Program-made: the position numbers and the translations under genes
The notes under the pieces: generated by a model
Told to the model about the DNA's origin: nothing
Database searches by the model: none
Seen by the model: the letters and a program-made list of their open reading frames with translations, nothing else
Assembly (NCBI GenBank): GCA_963682135.1
Contig: OY821645.1
Coordinates: 1,408,001-1,472,000, forward strand
Source of the DNA: Methanothrix sp.
Lineage (GTDB): Archaea; Halobacteriota; Methanosarcinia; Methanotrichales; Methanotrichaceae
Direction of reading: 5' to 3'
Length of the DNA: 64,000 nt
Shown here: positions 9,954-19,932 of the stretch, in pieces
How the letters are laid out: each line of letters opens with the position of its first letter
How positions within the stretch are numbered: the stretch's first letter is position 1

Positions 9954-11264
9954 ATGGATCTGGAAGGATTTACCAAGAGGGGCCTGCTGCGTGAGGATCC
10001 CGAGATAAAGTCCAAGCTCATATCACTGATCAGAGAGGTCAAGCGAATACCCGAGGACAAAGCCCTCATCCTGGCGCAGGCGGTCCTGGAGGAAGCAAAG
10101 GCGACGCTGCATCCGAGAGGCGAAGTCTTCCGGCTGGAAGAGGTGGGCGTCACCATGGGCGACTATGGGGTCGGCTCGCGAGGATCAGGCGATTTTTATA
10201 CGCATACCAAGATTGCCGAGGTCATAGGTCGTACCAATGCCGAGGTGGACTCCCGCCAGCTGGACGACTCGGGCGTGGTTAGAGCCAGCGGGGAATTCAT
10301 CACCGTCACGGTAGACGGCATGCACTCCCGCCTCAGCGACTATCCATTCCTGGCTGGATTTCATGTAACTCGCGCCGCTCTTCGCGATGTCTACGTCATG
10401 GGCGCCCGGCCCGTCGCACTTCTCTCCGACGTTCACCTGGCCGATGATGGGGACGTATCCAAGCTCTTCGACCACATCGCCGGCATTGCTACCGTCTCTG
10501 AGCTGATCGGCGTTCCCCTCATCACCGGCAGCACGCTGCGCATCGGCGGAGATATGGTCATCGGCGACCGGCTGACAGGTTGTGTGGGCGCGGTGGGCGT
10601 CTCAAATAAGCTCACGGCCAGAAAAAGCGCCCGTCCAGGAGACGTGATCATGATGAGCGAGGGGGCTGGCGGTGGCACAGTCTGCTCGGCTGCGCTCTAT
10701 TATGATCGGCATGAGGTGGTGGATGAGACGTTGAATATCAAATTCCTGGAGGCCTGCGAGGCTCTGCTCAAGGAGGACCTCACTATTCACGCCATGACCG
10801 ACGTGACCAATGGCGGCATTCGCGGCGACGCCAAGGAGATCTCCTACACGGCGGGAGTGAAGCTGCACTTCGAGGAAGAGAGGATGCGCCGCCTGGTAAA
10901 TCCGCGAGTTCTGGAGATGCTCGACGACTTGCAGATCGACTATCTGGGCGTCTCCATCGATGCCCTGCTCATAATAGCTCCCGAGGAAGAGGCAAAAGAG
11001 ATCGCCAAGACCATTGGCAAAGCCGGCGTGGCGGTGGATGAGATCGGCACAGTTGAAGCAGGAGAGGGCGCATTGCTCCACATGGACGGCAAGGTTACTG
11101 ACTTTTCCCCGCGCTTTAGGGAAGCTGCTTACACGCCCATAAAGAAGGCGATAGGCCAGGACGCGAAAAGAGATGTGGCCGAGATGACTGCAAAAGTCGA
11201 TCGGGCAGCTAGGAATGCTGTGGAGAAAAAGATGAAATTTATTGAGAAGATAAAAAGAAGCTAA
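9954..11264 (+). CDS. AIR synthase-related protein (PurM/HypE/ThiL fold)
   Basis: DDSGV, VDGMHSRLS and MTDVTNGG motifs; MDLEG N-terminus typical of the archaeal family. Confidence 0.85.
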   Translation: MDLEGFTKRGLLREDPEIKSKLISLIREVKRIPEDKALILAQAVLEEAKATLHPRGEVFRLEEVGVTMGDYGVGSRGSGDFYTHTKIAEVIGRTNAEVDSRQLDDSGVVRASGEFITVTVDGMHSRLSDYPFLAGFHVTRAALRDVYVMGARPVALLSDVHLADDGDVSKLFDHIAGIATVSELIGVPLITGSTLRIGGDMVIGDRLTGCVGAVGVSNKLTARKSARPGDVIMMSEGAGGGTVCSAALYYDRHEVVDETLNIKFLEACEALLKEDLTIHAMTDVTNGGIRGDAKEISYTAGVKLHFEEERMRRLVNPRVLEMLDDLQIDYLGVSIDALLIIAPEEEAKEIAKTIGKAGVAVDEIGTVEAGEGALLHMDGKVTDFSPRFREAAYTPIKKAIGQDAKRDVAEMTAKVDRAARNAVEKKMKFIEKIKRS

Positions 11265-11409
11265 TTCAAATTTTTACAAAGTTATTTATTTTTGATACGT
11301 TTACCGAATGTAATAATAATAGTAAAAATTTTTTTTACATAAATAAACTATTTATATCATAACGTACTTCATTTATTGCAAGGGAGCAAAAATAAGGGAG
11401 AAGATAACA

Positions 11410-11799
11410 ATGAAGGAATCGTTCGTAATGAGATTTGACGAAAAAGATATTGAAGTTGTAGAGACTCTGAAAAGCCTGGGAGTGCCAAGAAAAGTCTCCA
11501 ATATGATCGCCTACCTGGCCAGCGGCACAGAGGCCACCTCCCGCGAGATTGAGAGAGGCTCCGATCTGCGCCAGCCGGAGGTGAGCATCGCTCTTCGCAC
11601 GCTTAGAAAGAACAACTGGGTAGAGGAGAAGATGAGCAGGAGCGATGGCACCGGCCGGCCTATGAAGGTCTACCGCCTCAAAGCACCAATTGAAGACATT
11701 CTTCAGCACTATGAGCAGGAAAAGCTCAACGAGGCTAACCAGGCTCTTCAGTCGATACAAAGGCTCAAAGCACTCTTGGGGGAGGCGGGGTCTAGCTAA
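11410..11799 (+). CDS. Winged-helix transcriptional regulator (ArsR-like archaeal family)
   Basis: SREIERGSDLRQPEVSIAL...GRPMKVY. Confidence 0.85.
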   Translation: MKESFVMRFDEKDIEVVETLKSLGVPRKVSNMIAYLASGTEATSREIERGSDLRQPEVSIALRTLRKNNWVEEKMSRSDGTGRPMKVYRLKAPIEDILQHYEQEKLNEANQALQSIQRLKALLGEAGSS

Positions 11800-12226
11800 G
11801 GCTATAAAAATGAGCCAACCTTAAAACATTTTTCTAAAAAAATATATTTTTTATTTCTGAGTGTTTTTGCAAACATATAGACATGTTGCAGCATTATTAT
11901 TAATTGGAATATAAAAATAACTAAGATATGATAATTTGTTATAGATTATTTATTTAGTGTGCATCTCAGGACAGAGGTATTGAGAGTATATAGCTTCAAT
12001 GATAAACAGCGGCAGGCGAATACTTAATCCAAAATAGTTTTAAGTTGAGCGACTGAAAAATAATGCAGAGCCGCTTTCAATTACCAAAAAAATCTTCACG
12101 ATGGTGATATATAGAAGAAAAACCTAATATAAATCTAAAGCAAACTCCGGGCATTGTGTGACATTGCTCCAGATGAAGCAGCAAGCAAATCGGATATTAG
12201 CTAGCTTATATGTAGGTAGTGATTCA

Positions 12227-12724
12227 TTGACGGTCATAGAAGAGTCTATTCATCGAGCATATCTAAACAAGCTTGTAGGGGAAGACGGCTTAAGAATTGT
12301 GGAATGCATACCAGGCGAAGAGATCACTGACGAGAAGCTGGCAGAGCTTACCGGCATCAGCCTGAATACAGTTAGACGCACCCTTTACCTGCTTTACGAA
12401 CACAGGCTGGCCATATATCGACGCAAGCGCGATCCTGATTCCGGCTGGCTCACCTATTTGTGGCAATTATGTCCCGAAAATTTTGAGAAGGCACTGGAAT
12501 CGGAAGCTAAAAGGCTACTGCGCAAATTAGACGAAAGGCTGGCCTATGAGAAGGAAAACATATTTTATGCCTGCACAGAAGGCTGCGCCCGGTTCATCTT
12601 CGACGAAGCGAGCGAGGCTAATTTCATCTGTCCCTTCTGTCAGGGGAGCCTCGAATTTATGGAGAATGCCAAAGTAGTGGAGACCATAGAAAAACAGATG
12701 ATTGAATTAAAAGCTTGCTTATAG
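12227..12724 (+). CDS. tfe: Transcription initiation factor E alpha subunit
   Basis: wHTH TDEKLAELTGISLNTVRRTLY, GWLTYLW, zinc ribbon C..C...FICPFC. TTG start inferred. Confidence 0.93.
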   Translation: MTVIEESIHRAYLNKLVGEDGLRIVECIPGEEITDEKLAELTGISLNTVRRTLYLLYEHRLAIYRRKRDPDSGWLTYLWQLCPENFEKALESEAKRLLRKLDERLAYEKENIFYACTEGCARFIFDEASEANFICPFCQGSLEFMENAKVVETIEKQMIELKACL

Positions 12725-13120
12725 GTTTTCCAGGTTGTTGCCAAGAATCGCCGTCCACCACCAACGAGCCATGTCCATAAGATCGCGGCTGAACACCCCG
12801 GAGAGCCGGTACTCTCCGCCCTTGTTTGTTATCAGGCCCGCACCTAGTAGCTTGTTTCTCATGGCATAGAAAGCAGATCGACTAACATCGAGATCAATCA
12901 GAAGCTGCTCCCACTCCTCCGTCTTTAATGGATCGCCACCCTTCTGGCGATCCTCCACAATTGACAGGAATTTCCGTCCGCGAAGTGCCGTGGTTTCTTC
13001 CTGAAAAAGGCGAAGCATTAGCTCATGATACGGATCACGAGAGCGGCTTATTGCGTATTCTGATTTAGAGCGGACCTTGAGTGTTGTGGCAGTCCGGGGA
13101 GCGGTCTTAACATTGGTCAT
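12719..13120 (-). CDS. Conserved hypothetical protein, probable winged helix
   Basis: SRSAFYAMRNKLLGAGLI segment; overlaps the adjacent DUF2551-like gene by 4 nt. Confidence 0.7.
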   Translation of the reverse strand: MTNVKTAPRTATTLKVRSKSEYAISRSRDPYHELMLRLFQEETTALRGRKFLSIVEDRQKGGDPLKTEEWEQLLIDLDVSRSAFYAMRNKLLGAGLITNKGGEYRLSGVFSRDLMDMARWWWTAILGNNLENL

Positions 13121-13449
13121 AGGCTGGCCAGAACTGCTCGGGCTATATCTGCATATTCATCCCTTAAAACATAGCTCATGGGAGCACGATATGACTTTTT
13201 ATTGACATGTAATATTCCCAGACGTGAACAAATGTAGCCGATCATGGAGGCTACCACCTTCTTGGAAACATCAATCTTCTTGCATACGCTTTCATGAATA
13301 GAGGCTACCGTAAACTCCTTAGCATCAACTATCGACTCAAGAACAACACGCCTCAGGCCATCTGTGTCCAGATTGAGGAACTGGATCATCCGGCCCAATA
13401 TCTCGGACCTCTGCGGTTTCATTGTACCCCTCCAAGACTTATCCCCCAT
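13117..13449 (-). CDS. DUF2551-like methanogen winged-helix protein
   Basis: D.DGLRRVVL...VASMIGYICSRLGIL. Confidence 0.75.
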   Translation of the reverse strand: MGDKSWRGTMKPQRSEILGRMIQFLNLDTDGLRRVVLESIVDAKEFTVASIHESVCKKIDVSKKVVASMIGYICSRLGILHVNKKSYRAPMSYVLRDEYADIARAVLASL

Positions 13450-13605
13450 ACATTCGGCATTACTTTAGTAATACGTATAATATATACTTTACTATATGAT
13501 CCAACGCTTTAATTCCGGTTCATCGGAAACCTTAATTGCATCGCCATGAGCTTAAGCTGGCTGACGATTATTTACGAGGATAAACAGCTTGCGGTCTGGA
13601 ATAAT

Positions 13606-14328
13606 ATGATTGAAGATGAAAATGCAAAGGCAGAAGCATACTATGCCCTGGGAAATTACGAGGAGGCACTCTCCATCTGGGAGAAGGCGGATGGAGCCGT
13701 CCCATGTAGCTTCGCCTTGTGCTTTCAAAAAGCAGCGGCCCTGCGAAAGCTTGGCAGGTACGATGAGGCGGCAGCAGTCCTGGAGAAGGCTCTGCAGCTC
13801 GAACCTGAAAATGCTGATGCCAGGAGGGCTTATGCCTGGGTCTGCTGCCAGCTGGAGAGAAATGCGGATGCAGTGGCATCCTGTGAAAAAGCCATAGCCC
13901 TCGATCCGCACAATGCCAGAACCTGGATAGTAAGAGGCTTTGCCCTGCACCGATTGGGAAAATATGAGAAAGCGGTGGAAAGCTATGCCCGAGCCATTCT
14001 GTGCAATCCGTTCGGTCCGGATGGCAGAAGGGCCTGGAACAACCGGGGCGCAGCTCTGGACAATCTCAATAGACATGAAGAGGCGATTGACAGCTATGAT
14101 GAGGCTCTGCTGATCGATCCTTTCGACATCTATGCCTGGAACAACAAAGGTGTGGCCTTAGGTGTTTTGGCCAGGCACGAAGAGGCCATAAGCTGCTTCC
14201 TAAAGGCCATACAGATCGAGCCGGAATATGCAACTGCCTGGAAGAATCTGGGGGTAGCCTACCAATCACTGCATCGTAACGATGAGGCAGAAGAAGCTTT
14301 TAGGCGAGCTGGGGAATTGGGGCTCTGA
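13606..14328 (+). CDS. Tetratricopeptide repeat protein
   Basis: Repeated AW.N.G..L..L.R.EEA...Y..A motifs. Confidence 0.9.
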   Translation: MIEDENAKAEAYYALGNYEEALSIWEKADGAVPCSFALCFQKAAALRKLGRYDEAAAVLEKALQLEPENADARRAYAWVCCQLERNADAVASCEKAIALDPHNARTWIVRGFALHRLGKYEKAVESYARAILCNPFGPDGRRAWNNRGAALDNLNRHEEAIDSYDEALLIDPFDIYAWNNKGVALGVLARHEEAISCFLKAIQIEPEYATAWKNLGVAYQSLHRNDEAEEAFRRAGELGL

Positions 14329-14340
14329 TTGGCGATGGAC

Positions 14341-14856
14341 CTATCTCTTGCCAGACAGGGCGAGAGCAATCTCGTCGACGAGAGAGTCTCGATTCTCTCG
14401 GGTTACGGTTATCACCTCAAATGTACTGCGAATTTTCTTGGCCAGGCGGTGATTGGACCACTCGTGCAGCACAACAAGCATGGGCCGGGATGAGGCAATG
14501 GCATTCTCCACGGCTGAGACAAACCTGTGACTGGTAAGCTCCATTGGACCCACCTCGTCCACCACGATCAGCTCGCACTTCAGGGCGTTTTCTATGGCCT
14601 TTGCACCGAGGCCATCCAGGTCTTCCGGGTGGACACGGTACTTGCCAAGTTGCGGCCCGCTGCCCGTCTCATCGGCTAGCATGCCCACCGCGCCCGAGGC
14701 AAGATCGAGCAGCTCAAAGCCTATGCGCCGATCCTTGTAACGCTTATCCCGCGCCAGCACTCCTCCCACCCGCATACCTGTGCGGGTGGTCACTTTCCCA
14801 ACCAATGTGGATTTGCCAATGCCGGGCGATCCGGTAACTGCTATCCTAGACACCAT
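14341..14856 (-). CDS. Nucleoside-triphosphatase (THEP1/NTPase_1 family)
   Basis: TGSPGIGKST and VDEVGPMEL. Confidence 0.9.
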   Translation of the reverse strand: MVSRIAVTGSPGIGKSTLVGKVTTRTGMRVGGVLARDKRYKDRRIGFELLDLASGAVGMLADETGSGPQLGKYRVHPEDLDGLGAKAIENALKCELIVVDEVGPMELTSHRFVSAVENAIASSRPMLVVLHEWSNHRLAKKIRSTFEVITVTRENRDSLVDEIALALSGKR

Positions 14857-15292
14857 ATTGCTCCCTCATCTTTTCCGCGTAACGACTAAGGCTCTCTACG
14901 TCCTTTATCTCTTTCTTGACCAGTTTTCCAAGCCGGCATCGAATCTCTTTGTCCGGTCGCGAGCCAACGGAGCGTAGATGCAACTCGATTGCCTTGCACA
15001 TCTCATCACCTTTCCGATCCCAATCGGTAAGGAGTATGATCTGAGAATAACTGCGAGCTGCCTCCTCTGCCAGCTCAAGCGCCGGTCGGCGGGATGCCAA
15101 GATCACGGGCCCAGGCAGACCCAGAGCACGCAAGGCCTGCAAGTCGCGCCTTCCTTCCACAATGACGGCGGCACCCTGGTAGGAAGCATCAATAAGTGAA
15201 GCGATCAGCTCCTCCAGTGCCTCCAGATCATAAGTCCTCTTGGGACGTATCTCCTGCAGAGCTCTACCCCAAGCCATATCTCTCCCAATCAT
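14846..15292 (-). CDS. Toprim-domain protein (small primase-like)
   Basis: IVEGRRD, LTDWDRKG, KDVE. Confidence 0.88.
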   Translation of the reverse strand: MIGRDMAWGRALQEIRPKRTYDLEALEELIASLIDASYQGAAVIVEGRRDLQALRALGLPGPVILASRRPALELAEEAARSYSQIILLTDWDRKGDEMCKAIELHLRSVGSRPDKEIRCRLGKLVKKEIKDVESLSRYAEKMREQYGV

Positions 15293-15603
15293 CTCATTTT
15301 CTGCATTAATACCGAGACGGCTTCACCCGCGGCCATTCCTTTTACCAGGAGAAGCTTTCTGGCGCTCTTCTGGCCGCTCAAGACCGCAATCCTTGCTTCA
15401 CAAATGCCAAGCGTTCGGGCCAGCTCCTCGGCAAGCTGCCGATTGGCCCGCCCTCGCGACGGCTCCTCTGTCAGATGAGCTTCGACGGATCTTCGCCAGG
15501 GATTGTAGCCGGAGGGCACAGCCAGCCGGGAGGAACCGGGCACCACCTCAAAGCTTATGGTGCAGCCCAGTGGATGAGATTTAACCGCCTCACAAATGTT
15601 CAT
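15289..15603 (-). CDS. DUF167 (YggU/UPF0235) protein
   Basis: V.PGS...P..GRAN...LSG.KS.RK pattern. Confidence 0.85.
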   Translation of the reverse strand: MNICEAVKSHPLGCTISFEVVPGSSRLAVPSGYNPWRRSVEAHLTEEPSRGRANRQLAEELARTLGICEARIAVLSGQKSARKLLLVKGMAAGEAVSVLMQKMR

Positions 15604-15692
15604 CGCTGCTAAAAAGTGGTGTCCTGGAGCTTAAAGCTTATGTTTTTGGCAAAAAGTTAAAATAGCGTCAGCGACGAAATGAAAGAGGTTCG

Positions 15693-17039
15693 ATGGAGAT
15701 CAAGAAAGTCGTCGTCCCAGCAGGTTATTCTCTGCTGGCAGGATCCATTCTTCCCGGCTTGGAGCAGCTTGGCCTGCAAATCTGCGACCAATTGCCAAAC
15801 CCAGGAAAGGATTGCCTTTTAATATGCGACCCAGGATATGTTACAATACCTGAAGGCTCACTGTTTATTCGCCTGGCTTTGGCGAATGGAAGTGCCGTTT
15901 TATTGGACAATGCCAACTGCTCATCCACATTGGAAGAGATCACGCAAACGAAGGCTCTTTCTCAAGAGACCAGAAATAACCTGGAAGCAGCCGTCCTTTT
16001 CAGATGTCTGCAAAGCGACTCAGAGCGACTTTCCGCCCTTCAGGCTGGCACGAACGCCATGCCTCGCTATGCCGCCACAGCCTATGAGAAAGTACAGGAC
16101 CTTCGTTATGGCGAGAACTGGCATCAAAAGGCTGCACTCTACAGCAAGCAAAATGGCCTGGGCCTGCAGGCCGCCAGGAAGCTGAATGGACGGGAGATGT
16201 CCTATAACAACATGGTCGATGCAGAAACGGTACTTGAGATGCTCATCGACCTATCGGAGTACGACGGCGTCACGGCTGGAACGCCACTCTCCGTAATTGT
16301 AAAGCATGCCAATCCCTGCGGCGTGGCCTATGGCAATAGTCTTGCTGATGCCTATCGTCTCTCTTTTGCCACCGACCCCAAATCCGCTTTTGGGGGCGTT
16401 ATAGGATTTAATCGGCCGGTGGACGCAGACACCGCTCGCGCCATCGGCGACAGCTTCGTAGAGGTGCTGCTGGCCCCAGGATACGAGCCTGAGGCCCTGA
16501 AGCTGCTCATGGAAAAAAAGCCCAATCGCAGAATATTAGATATTGGAGATCTGCTGGCCCGAAAGGACGAACTTTATCAAGGATTTTATCAAAGGAACAT
16601 CTTTGGAGGCATGATGCTCCAGAATTATGATACCGGAGATCTTCAGGAATGGAAAGTTGTAACCAAGAGGGCCCCCACTGAATGGGAGAGCAAAGCCCTC
16701 CGATTTGCCTGGAAAGTCTCCAAATATGTCAAATCCAATGCCCTGGTTTATACCACCGACTGCCAGACCATCGGCATAGGATCGGGCCAGGTGAGCCGGG
16801 TGGATTCGGCGCGTTTCGGTGCGGAAAAGGCAGAAGAGCACGGGCTTAACACCAGAGGGACGGTCGCAGCCACTGATTCATTCTTCCCCTTCAGAGACGG
16901 CCTGGATCAAACCTTCCAGGCAGGAGCCGTTGCCGTAATTCATCCCGGCGGGTCCATACGGGATGCAGAGGTAATTGATGCCGCCAATGAGCACAACATG
17001 GCCATGGTCTTTACCGGCATGCGCCATTTCAGACATTAA
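15693..17039 (+). CDS. purH: PurH-type AICAR formyltransferase with degenerate N-terminal IMP cyclohydrolase domain
   Basis: LRYGENWHQ, SYNN, KHANPCG, SAFGG, VKSNA, GQVSRVDS, FFPF, PGGSIRD, RHFRH. Confidence 0.9.
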   Translation: MEIKKVVVPAGYSLLAGSILPGLEQLGLQICDQLPNPGKDCLLICDPGYVTIPEGSLFIRLALANGSAVLLDNANCSSTLEEITQTKALSQETRNNLEAAVLFRCLQSDSERLSALQAGTNAMPRYAATAYEKVQDLRYGENWHQKAALYSKQNGLGLQAARKLNGREMSYNNMVDAETVLEMLIDLSEYDGVTAGTPLSVIVKHANPCGVAYGNSLADAYRLSFATDPKSAFGGVIGFNRPVDADTARAIGDSFVEVLLAPGYEPEALKLLMEKKPNRRILDIGDLLARKDELYQGFYQRNIFGGMMLQNYDTGDLQEWKVVTKRAPTEWESKALRFAWKVSKYVKSNALVYTTDCQTIGIGSGQVSRVDSARFGAEKAEEHGLNTRGTVAATDSFFPFRDGLDQTFQAGAVAVIHPGGSIRDAEVIDAANEHNMAMVFTGMRHFRH

Positions 17040-18510
17040 ATCTCCCAGCAAAAAAACTCCCAGCATTATTTTCACGCTTCTAGCTATTGCCATTTTCATT
17101 TTCATACCATTTTATCCCGCCAGTGCAAGCATTATCCAGGCAGGTGCCGATATCCAGACGGCCATAAACTCAGCCAAAGCAGGAGACACGATAATAGTAG
17201 GTCCCGGAGAAGTAAGCCGTTTCCAGGTGGACCGGCCGCTAACCATTGAGGGACGGGGCCTTCCAATCGTCAATGCCGCTCTACAAAAACCGGCTATAAA
17301 AGTGCTCAGCGACGACGTCACCATCACGGGATTTCGCATCATCGGCATAGGCAAGGACACCACTGCTAAGTTCAATTACTACATGCAAAATCCGACTGAG
17401 GCAGCGGGGAGTAGCTTCGATGAGCCCAATTCGGCCGTAGTTGTAATGGGCAACGGCTTTTCTCTGAAAAATTGCAGCATATTTGGAGCGCAGCTGGCAG
17501 TTTCTGCGGAAAATGTACGGGACCTGGCCATTCAGAACACAACCATAGAAGGCTGCGATACGGGAGCTTCCATCCTGCAAAGTGCCCAGGTAAGAGTTAC
17601 TGCCTGCCGCATTACCAACTGCAGGAAATACGGGCTTGATATTGAAAAGTCAAGCGATGTGATGCTTGACAATAACAGCATTGTGAACAACACCAACATA
17701 GGAATACTGCTCAAGGAGACGGACGAAGACATTGTAGTGGATAATATCTTCTCCATGAACACCTTTGGACTCTCCCTCTGGAATGCTTCATATAATCAGA
17801 TAAGAAGAAATCGGGCTGATCATAATTATTACGGAATACTGGTGACTGCCTCATCCAACTACAACAACCTGACCGATAATCTGGCAGAAGATAACAGTAG
17901 AAGCGAAATCGTGAGCGGATTTGGCATAGGCATCAGCTTGCAGGAGAATAGCAGCCACAACATGCTGATTCGAAACACAGCTAAAGGCAACTACAATGGT
18001 CTGGAGATATCAAAAGGCTGCAAGTATAATGCCGTCTATGATAACAATGCCTCGGACAATAAACACGGCATAAGGCTCAACGAGAACCGCAATAACCTTA
18101 TCTTCGCAAACAACTTCTATAGAAACGATATCAATGCCTATGAGAATACCAGCCTCAATATATGGAATACCACTATAGGCAACTACTACAACGATTATCA
18201 GGGCAAAGATGGAAATAATGATGGCATAGGCGATCAGCCCTATTCTCTTCCCGGACCCGAGTCGCATTCCTTTGACTATAGGCCCTTCATCCGTCCTTAC
18301 CGGGAAGCAGTACTTAACAGCACGCAGATAAGAGATGAAGTTAAGAAATATGCCGTGTATGGGCCTGCTGATTATGAATATCCCACTATTAGCAAACAAA
18401 ATGGTGTCATGGTGATATCTCGTAAAACACCCAGCACCCCGCCCAAATGGACGGACTCGCGGGCCTTTGATGCCAGCGCACCGCCCTTTCAAAAAGAGAA
18501 TAGTTTCTAG
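16987..18510 (+). CDS. Secreted NosD/CASH parallel beta-helix protein (start uncertain)
   Basis: Signal peptide, IQTAINSA..GDTI.V.PG, repeated N..GI.L..S..N units, GNYY.DY.G.D.N.DGIGD.PY. Confidence 0.85.
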   Translation: MSTTWPWSLPACAISDIKSPSKKTPSIIFTLLAIAIFIFIPFYPASASIIQAGADIQTAINSAKAGDTIIVGPGEVSRFQVDRPLTIEGRGLPIVNAALQKPAIKVLSDDVTITGFRIIGIGKDTTAKFNYYMQNPTEAAGSSFDEPNSAVVVMGNGFSLKNCSIFGAQLAVSAENVRDLAIQNTTIEGCDTGASILQSAQVRVTACRITNCRKYGLDIEKSSDVMLDNNSIVNNTNIGILLKETDEDIVVDNIFSMNTFGLSLWNASYNQIRRNRADHNYYGILVTASSNYNNLTDNLAEDNSRSEIVSGFGIGISLQENSSHNMLIRNTAKGNYNGLEISKGCKYNAVYDNNASDNKHGIRLNENRNNLIFANNFYRNDINAYENTSLNIWNTTIGNYYNDYQGKDGNNDGIGDQPYSLPGPESHSFDYRPFIRPYREAVLNSTQIRDEVKKYAVYGPADYEYPTISKQNGVMVISRKTPSTPPKWTDSRAFDASAPPFQKENSF

Positions 18511-18707
18511 CTGATGCTGCAATGATTTTAGATTAGGTTATCATAGCGACAGTCGCTCACGCGTACCCCCGCATTTGCGAGGGACGTGCAAGCGTTCTCA
18601 CCCACAATCCACGCTGCGCATTAACGTGAGCGGTGCGAAAATAATTCCATTCTGCAAAAGATTGATCTTCCAGAACCGCCACCTCCCCACAAGAATAGGT
18701 GCGAAGC

Positions 18708-19907
18708 ATGATTCATACCGAGGCCATAGAAAAGGCGAAGGACCACTTCGCCAGGCTGCTGGAGGAGCAGCTCCTACGCGTTGATCAGATTAAGGCGGGA
18801 GATACTTGGGTTGACTACAGCAAACTGCACCCCCTCATCATCGGCGTGGTGGGCGGCGACGGCATCGGCCCCTACATCACAGAGCAAGCGGTTCGCGTCC
18901 TGAAGTATGTTCTGGCAAAGGAAATCGCGGAAGGAAAGGTAGAGCTGCGTGACATTCCCGGCCTGGATATCGAGTCGCGGGTCAAAGTGATGAAGGCCCT
19001 GCCGCAGTCCGTCCTGGCGGCGCTAAAAGAGTGCCACGTCATCCTCAAGGGCCCCCTCACCACGCCCAAAAAGGGTGACAAGTGGCCCAACCTGGAGAGC
19101 GCCAATGTCTCCATGCGCCGTGAGCTGGACCTCTTCGCCAACGTCCGTCCCGTCAAGGTTCCCGAGAAGGGCATCGACTGGATCTTCTACAGGGAGAACA
19201 CCGAGGGCGAGTATGTCCTGGGAAGCAAAGGCTACAATGTCACCGACGATCTGGCGGTGGACTTCAAGGTAATAACCACTCCCGGCGCAGAGAGGATTGT
19301 GCGCCTGGCTTTTGAGTATGCCAAGAAGAACGGCATCAAAAGGGTCTCGGCGGTCACCAAGGCCAACGTTATCAAGGCCACGGACGGCAAATTCCTGGAG
19401 ACGGCCCGGCGTGTCGCCCGGGAATACCCGGACATTGCCTTTGATGACTGGTTTGTGGACATAATGGCAGCCAAGCTGGTGGATGAGAAGCGCAGGAAGG
19501 ATTTCAAGGTCATAGTGCTGCCCAATCTCTACGGCGACATCCTTACCGACGAGGCAGCCGAGTTTCAGGGCGGCGTGGGCACAGCAGGAAGCGCCAACAT
19601 CGGCAAGCGTTATGCCATGTTTGAGGCCATCCACGGTTCCGCTCCGCGCATGGTAGAGGAAGGCAGAGCAATCTATGCCGATCCGGCCAGCATGATGCGA
19701 GCCAGCGTCATGCTGCTGCGCCATATCGGCTTTGTGAGCCATGCGGCCAGAATGGAGAATGCACTCGATATCTGCGGCCAGTTGGAGAGAAAGGTTGTCC
19801 TCACCGGCAGATCCGATGGGGCAACTGGAGCACAGTATGCTGATTATGTCATGCAGACCCTTCAGGACCCCAATCTGGAGAGCCGCGCCGGGGAGGGCAA
19901 GCTTTAG
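18708..19907 (+). CDS. Isocitrate/isopropylmalate dehydrogenase family protein
   Basis: GDGIGP, LKGPLTTP, RENTEGEY, KANVIK, PNLYGDILTD, FEAIHGSAP. Confidence 0.92.
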   Translation: MIHTEAIEKAKDHFARLLEEQLLRVDQIKAGDTWVDYSKLHPLIIGVVGGDGIGPYITEQAVRVLKYVLAKEIAEGKVELRDIPGLDIESRVKVMKALPQSVLAALKECHVILKGPLTTPKKGDKWPNLESANVSMRRELDLFANVRPVKVPEKGIDWIFYRENTEGEYVLGSKGYNVTDDLAVDFKVITTPGAERIVRLAFEYAKKNGIKRVSAVTKANVIKATDGKFLETARRVAREYPDIAFDDWFVDIMAAKLVDEKRRKDFKVIVLPNLYGDILTDEAAEFQGGVGTAGSANIGKRYAMFEAIHGSAPRMVEEGRAIYADPASMMRASVMLLRHIGFVSHAARMENALDICGQLERKVVLTGRSDGATGAQYADYVMQTLQDPNLESRAGEGKL

Positions 19908-19932
19908 CTAAAATAATAGCATAATAGCATCT

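Noticed and set aside
11800-12150. AT-rich 350-bp gap as a possible replication origin
   Set aside because: No ORB-like repeats and no cdc6/orc1 nearby; consistent with terminator plus promoter sequence.
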